From Amphiscolops sp. MND2022 (lineage: Eukaryota): a stretch of 64,000 nucleotides of DNA. This document shows, piece by piece, positions 60,536-64,000 of this stretch. How positions within the stretch are numbered: position 1 is the stretch's first letter; every line of letters starts with the position of its first letter. The stretch lies in assembly GCA_964187785.1 (NCBI GenBank), contig OZ076413.1, positions 41,728,001 to 41,792,000 on the forward strand. The letters are read 5' to 3'. A program made the translations under genes and the position numbers. The notes beneath the pieces were generated by a model. The model had not been told where the DNA came from. It did no database searches and worked only from the letters and a program-made list of their open reading frames with translations.

Positions 60536-60767
60536 TTGTGTTCAAACTGATTAATCAGTTCCAGAGCCTCGTCTTCCAGCTGTTGCTGGTACTCCTTCCT
60601 CTTTTTGGCCAGTTTGGGTGCCAAGTTCTTCGAGTGGGCCGCTTGTTCGGGGGGCATCTTGCCCGACACGACCGAAGACTTTTTCCTCCGGGCTTCAGCA
60701 GCCGCACTTGTTTTGGATGATTTTCTATGCTTTTCTTCACTGTCACCTTCTTCTCCTTCGAAGTCAT
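60536..60767 (-). CDS. DNAH5: Axonemal dynein heavy chain (DNAH5/8-like), first exon found in window (DDFEGEEG...LINQFEHK)
   Basis: AG acceptor at 60769-68 and GTAAGT donor at 60535. Phase 2 joins the next exon as K-HVESF. Confidence 0.75.
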
Positions 60768-62009
60768 CTGCCAACGAAAAATAAGCTATCTTCACAGAAG
60801 TTATCTATCGCGGAAGGTATTTTTGAGGTATTTCATTCTAAAACTAGGTGACAAAATATGACAGACACTGGGAATTGAACTCTTGACCTGCTTGAAATGG
60901 GCCCTAAATTCTAGTTTTGTACGTTAGGACATGGAATAGAACATTTAATTTGCCTTTACAAGAAGTAGTTGAGATTAATACACATGAAAAATGAAAAAGT
61001 ATTTCGCTTTTAACGTAGAACATTTAGCTAACCCGGGAAGTTGGTAACAATTTTAGGCAAACTTCTTTGACTGAGAAGTGCGAAATTGTCCATAGTAACA
61101 TGCAATGACTTATTGGGAAAGAGCGGAGGACTTAAAAAGTCTTCTTGGTCCCAATATGAGCCCTGTTTGCGGGATCGTTTATGATGACCCATGTCACCCG
61201 GGGCTGTTTTTGAGTGACGTTTTTTCCCTATAAAAATAGTTCACTGAAAATGTAATCAGTCAGCATTTTTAGTCTGTAACTGGAAATGGGTTGGCAAAAA
61301 GAGGCAGATGCTGATTTTCCCTTGAATTGGAGCAAATGATTTTGAGTCAAATCATCACTTTTGCGTAATTCGGCGGTTCGAACGTAATGATGATTTTAAA
61401 GAATTTTTCAATATTTTTAGCTCATGAATTTGAAAAGTGTTTTTCTAGAATTTGTTTTCTTTCAACCGTCCCCAACCATTCGAAACTTTATGGATGAACC
61501 TTTCTAATTTTAATTTAGGGCCATTTGAAAATTTTTTCAGTAACAGAGAACCAACTTTAATTGAAAAAGGTTTTTCGCTTGTTCAAAGCTTGATCATGAA
61601 ATTGACCAAATAACTTTTTGTGACTCAGAGGATTTACACATTGTTTTTTGAATAAAAGCATGCTTCATTAATGAAAACATTGTGAACTGGAATTATGAAT
61701 GAACCGTAAATAGTCAGAATTATCCGAGTTTAATCCGTTCTGTTGGTAATTTCAGCAAGACGCCCGCTGAGCAGAGGGGTATTTTTCGCCACAAACTGTT
61801 CTACAACGACATAAATTTGACGGCTCAAGAATAGCCAATGCACTATGAAAATGCAAAGAAGTTCGAAGAAGAGAAAGTTTTGATTTCTCATGGCCATCTT
61901 AGCCCATTATTAGAGCAAACACCTAATTTATTAACACGCTAAGTACCTGAATATTTGTTGAACTATGTAGACTATGTAGATACCAGTACCCAACATAACA
62001 AGTTATCAA

Positions 62010-62607
62010 TCGGCGCTTTTCGTCAGGAAAGAGCGACTGTAGTCATGGCTATCCTTCAGTATTTTTTCGATAATACCTGATCTCCCAAAATTTCTTCAAC
62101 TTTTCAACTAACTTCTCACTGCTGCTTGACCACACTGCTACATTTTTCGAATCATGTTTTTTTTAAAAAAAATTAATTTTTGAGGTTTTCTGTATAGGAT
62201 TTGTTTCCTTACTCTCGAGGGTGACCTCTTTGTTGTTTTTTGATCCTGTGCAAATGATGAGTTTTCTGAATGATTGTGGAAAATACCTCTTTTCAACTTC
62301 TTTCGCCTCTCTGCATCTTTACAAAAGATTTAAGTTGTCGGAGGGCACCCTTCACTTTCAAAGTTGATTTCTGCTTGGAAAACAGTAGTTTTGCGAGCCA
62401 AAAATTTTTCAATTTGGGACATTTCCGAGAAGAAATTCAAAGAAAAGATTTTTTGTCCTGCCTGTTGGGGGGAAAAGTGGTTTCGTAGTCTCAGGCGTCA
62501 TTCTTGGGGTAAACTTTGGCTCTGAGAGAACAGTAAAACATTGAAACTAGAATCCTTTGAAGTTTTGAGAAAACTTGAGCGGGGCGCCAACTTGGTTCTG
62601 GCTTGTT
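62010..62607 (+). mobile_element. Degenerate HINE-like repeat
   Basis: TCGGCGCTTTT...GACTGTAGTCATGGCT start and GGCGCCAACTTGG...CTTGTT end. Confidence 0.5.
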
Positions 62608-64000
62608 CTATATTGCACGTAACGTCAGCAGAGATGTCAAATATTTGATAATATTGATTTTTTGACAACTTTGGGTCACATTGACTCACGTTTTTAACAT
62701 GAAACTACAGATGTCTCTTCTAAAAAATTTAATAGAAACCGAGTATAATTGTTGTTGAAGGTTTACACTACACTAACTCAAATGATTCGAAAATTTTACA
62801 AGAAAAAATGCAACAAAACGTTTAAAAACTCTTCTTGATTTTTTAGAATTTCTCAGATTTTCTTCCTACGTTGGAGCTGCAAAAGCAATTTTCGTTGAAA
62901 GGCGTACTCCATACCGAGTGATTTTGCTTGGAGCTTTGTGAATTTTAAAAAAACTTGACAGAAGTTCGAAACAAATTTACGTTGTTAAAAAAGATTTTTG
63001 GAAGTTGTGCTAATAAACTCGACCACTATCTTTTTGAAACACTACCAGTAGCTAGCTACACGTTTCAATTTTAATCTTATGGGCTTTCTGATTGAAATCA
63101 ATTTTCGGAAATGGTCCAAAATTGGGACTATGTTGTCGAGAATAGGGAAAAATCGGGAATTTCAGCATCTTGTCAGATTAGAGGAACTTTATCCCACTTT
63201 CTTTCACAAATCGCGTTCTGAAAGCCCTATTGTTTCAACGTTTATTTCAATGGATGTTCTATTCTACAAAAATTCTGGTCGTTTGAACAAAAATTGGGAT
63301 TTTTGTGTGAAAAAACTCTTTTTGTGGTTTTTTACATTTTGGGGGGTTTCTGAGGCCAATTCCAACAACAAATTCGACTTATATCCTAAAAAACTTCTAA
63401 AGGATACCAAATTCAAAAGTTGTTGCTGAGTTTCTTTGAACCAATATAGGCGAGGCAGTTGCTCCTAAATTATACTAAAAACCCATAAAAATGTTTTTAA
63501 AAAACATGAAAATGTGAGCTGCGGAACGAGTTATACCATCTGGAGCTTTTTGAAGCTTTCATCTCACCAAAGGTATATAATCTCAAATAAAAAATCTTTG
63601 AAAATGTCAAAAATCAGCATTTTTTAGACATTTCCGATTTTTTGCGGTCAGTTTTGAGTCATCCCATCTGAAGTCTGCAAATAGGTCCTTAAAAGTGCTT
63701 TGGAATTTTAAGTCGGTCGTTGTTGAACGTTTTCAAACATTTTAACTCGGAAACAATTCATAAAGAACACATTAGTTGCTTAAACACGTGAAGATGTTGG
63801 AATTTTTTGACTCATTTGGAGTCATCCTGAAGTGTTTTTGAAGCAAACCGCTGCAACATTCTCACCGAAAAGGATTTTGCGTAGCTTGTTTTTTCAAGTT
63901 TGATCGCTTTGAAACTTCTAGACCAGGAATTCTCTCGAAAATTGTACAGGAATTTCAATAAAAACGACAAAAACGGTAAAAGTTTTGGCTTTTTCGAAGA

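Overview
AT-rich animal genomic DNA; the species cannot be determined from the sequence. The whole window lies inside a minus-strand axonemal dynein heavy chain gene (outer-arm gamma type, DNAH5/DNAH8-like). I could splice 14 exons in phase between 60767 and 5444; the gene runs off both ends. One 28.2-kb intron (27985-56192) holds a nested LTR complex. The outer element is a minus-strand Gypsy/Ty3 element (31471-56032, TG...CA, TTACA target-site duplication, 1939-bp LTRs, about 16.2 kb without its passenger). An intact, very young plus-strand Bel/Pao element (33991-42313, CCCAG TSD) has inserted into it. Most notable: downstream of pol the Gypsy element carries (i) an antisense, five-exon gene of about 1290 aa that looks like a catalytically dead hAT-transposase derivative with a zinc finger and no TIRs, and (ii) a divergently arranged sense ORF with a SUMO-interacting-like motif, now split by the Bel insertion. 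Its gag ORF starts about 570 nt inside the LTR and no PPT is visible. The Bel element carries an extra SGNH/GDSL-hydrolase-like ORF upstream of gag-pol. The other introns contain a tRNA-Gly(GCC) gene, a candidate two-exon nested gene, several MITE families with clear TSDs, Helentron/HINE-like repeats with tRNA-like segments, a ~183-bp degenerate tandem repeat, and a pair of long palindromes sharing the same 9-bp centre. All domain calls are by-eye motif recognition, not database searches.
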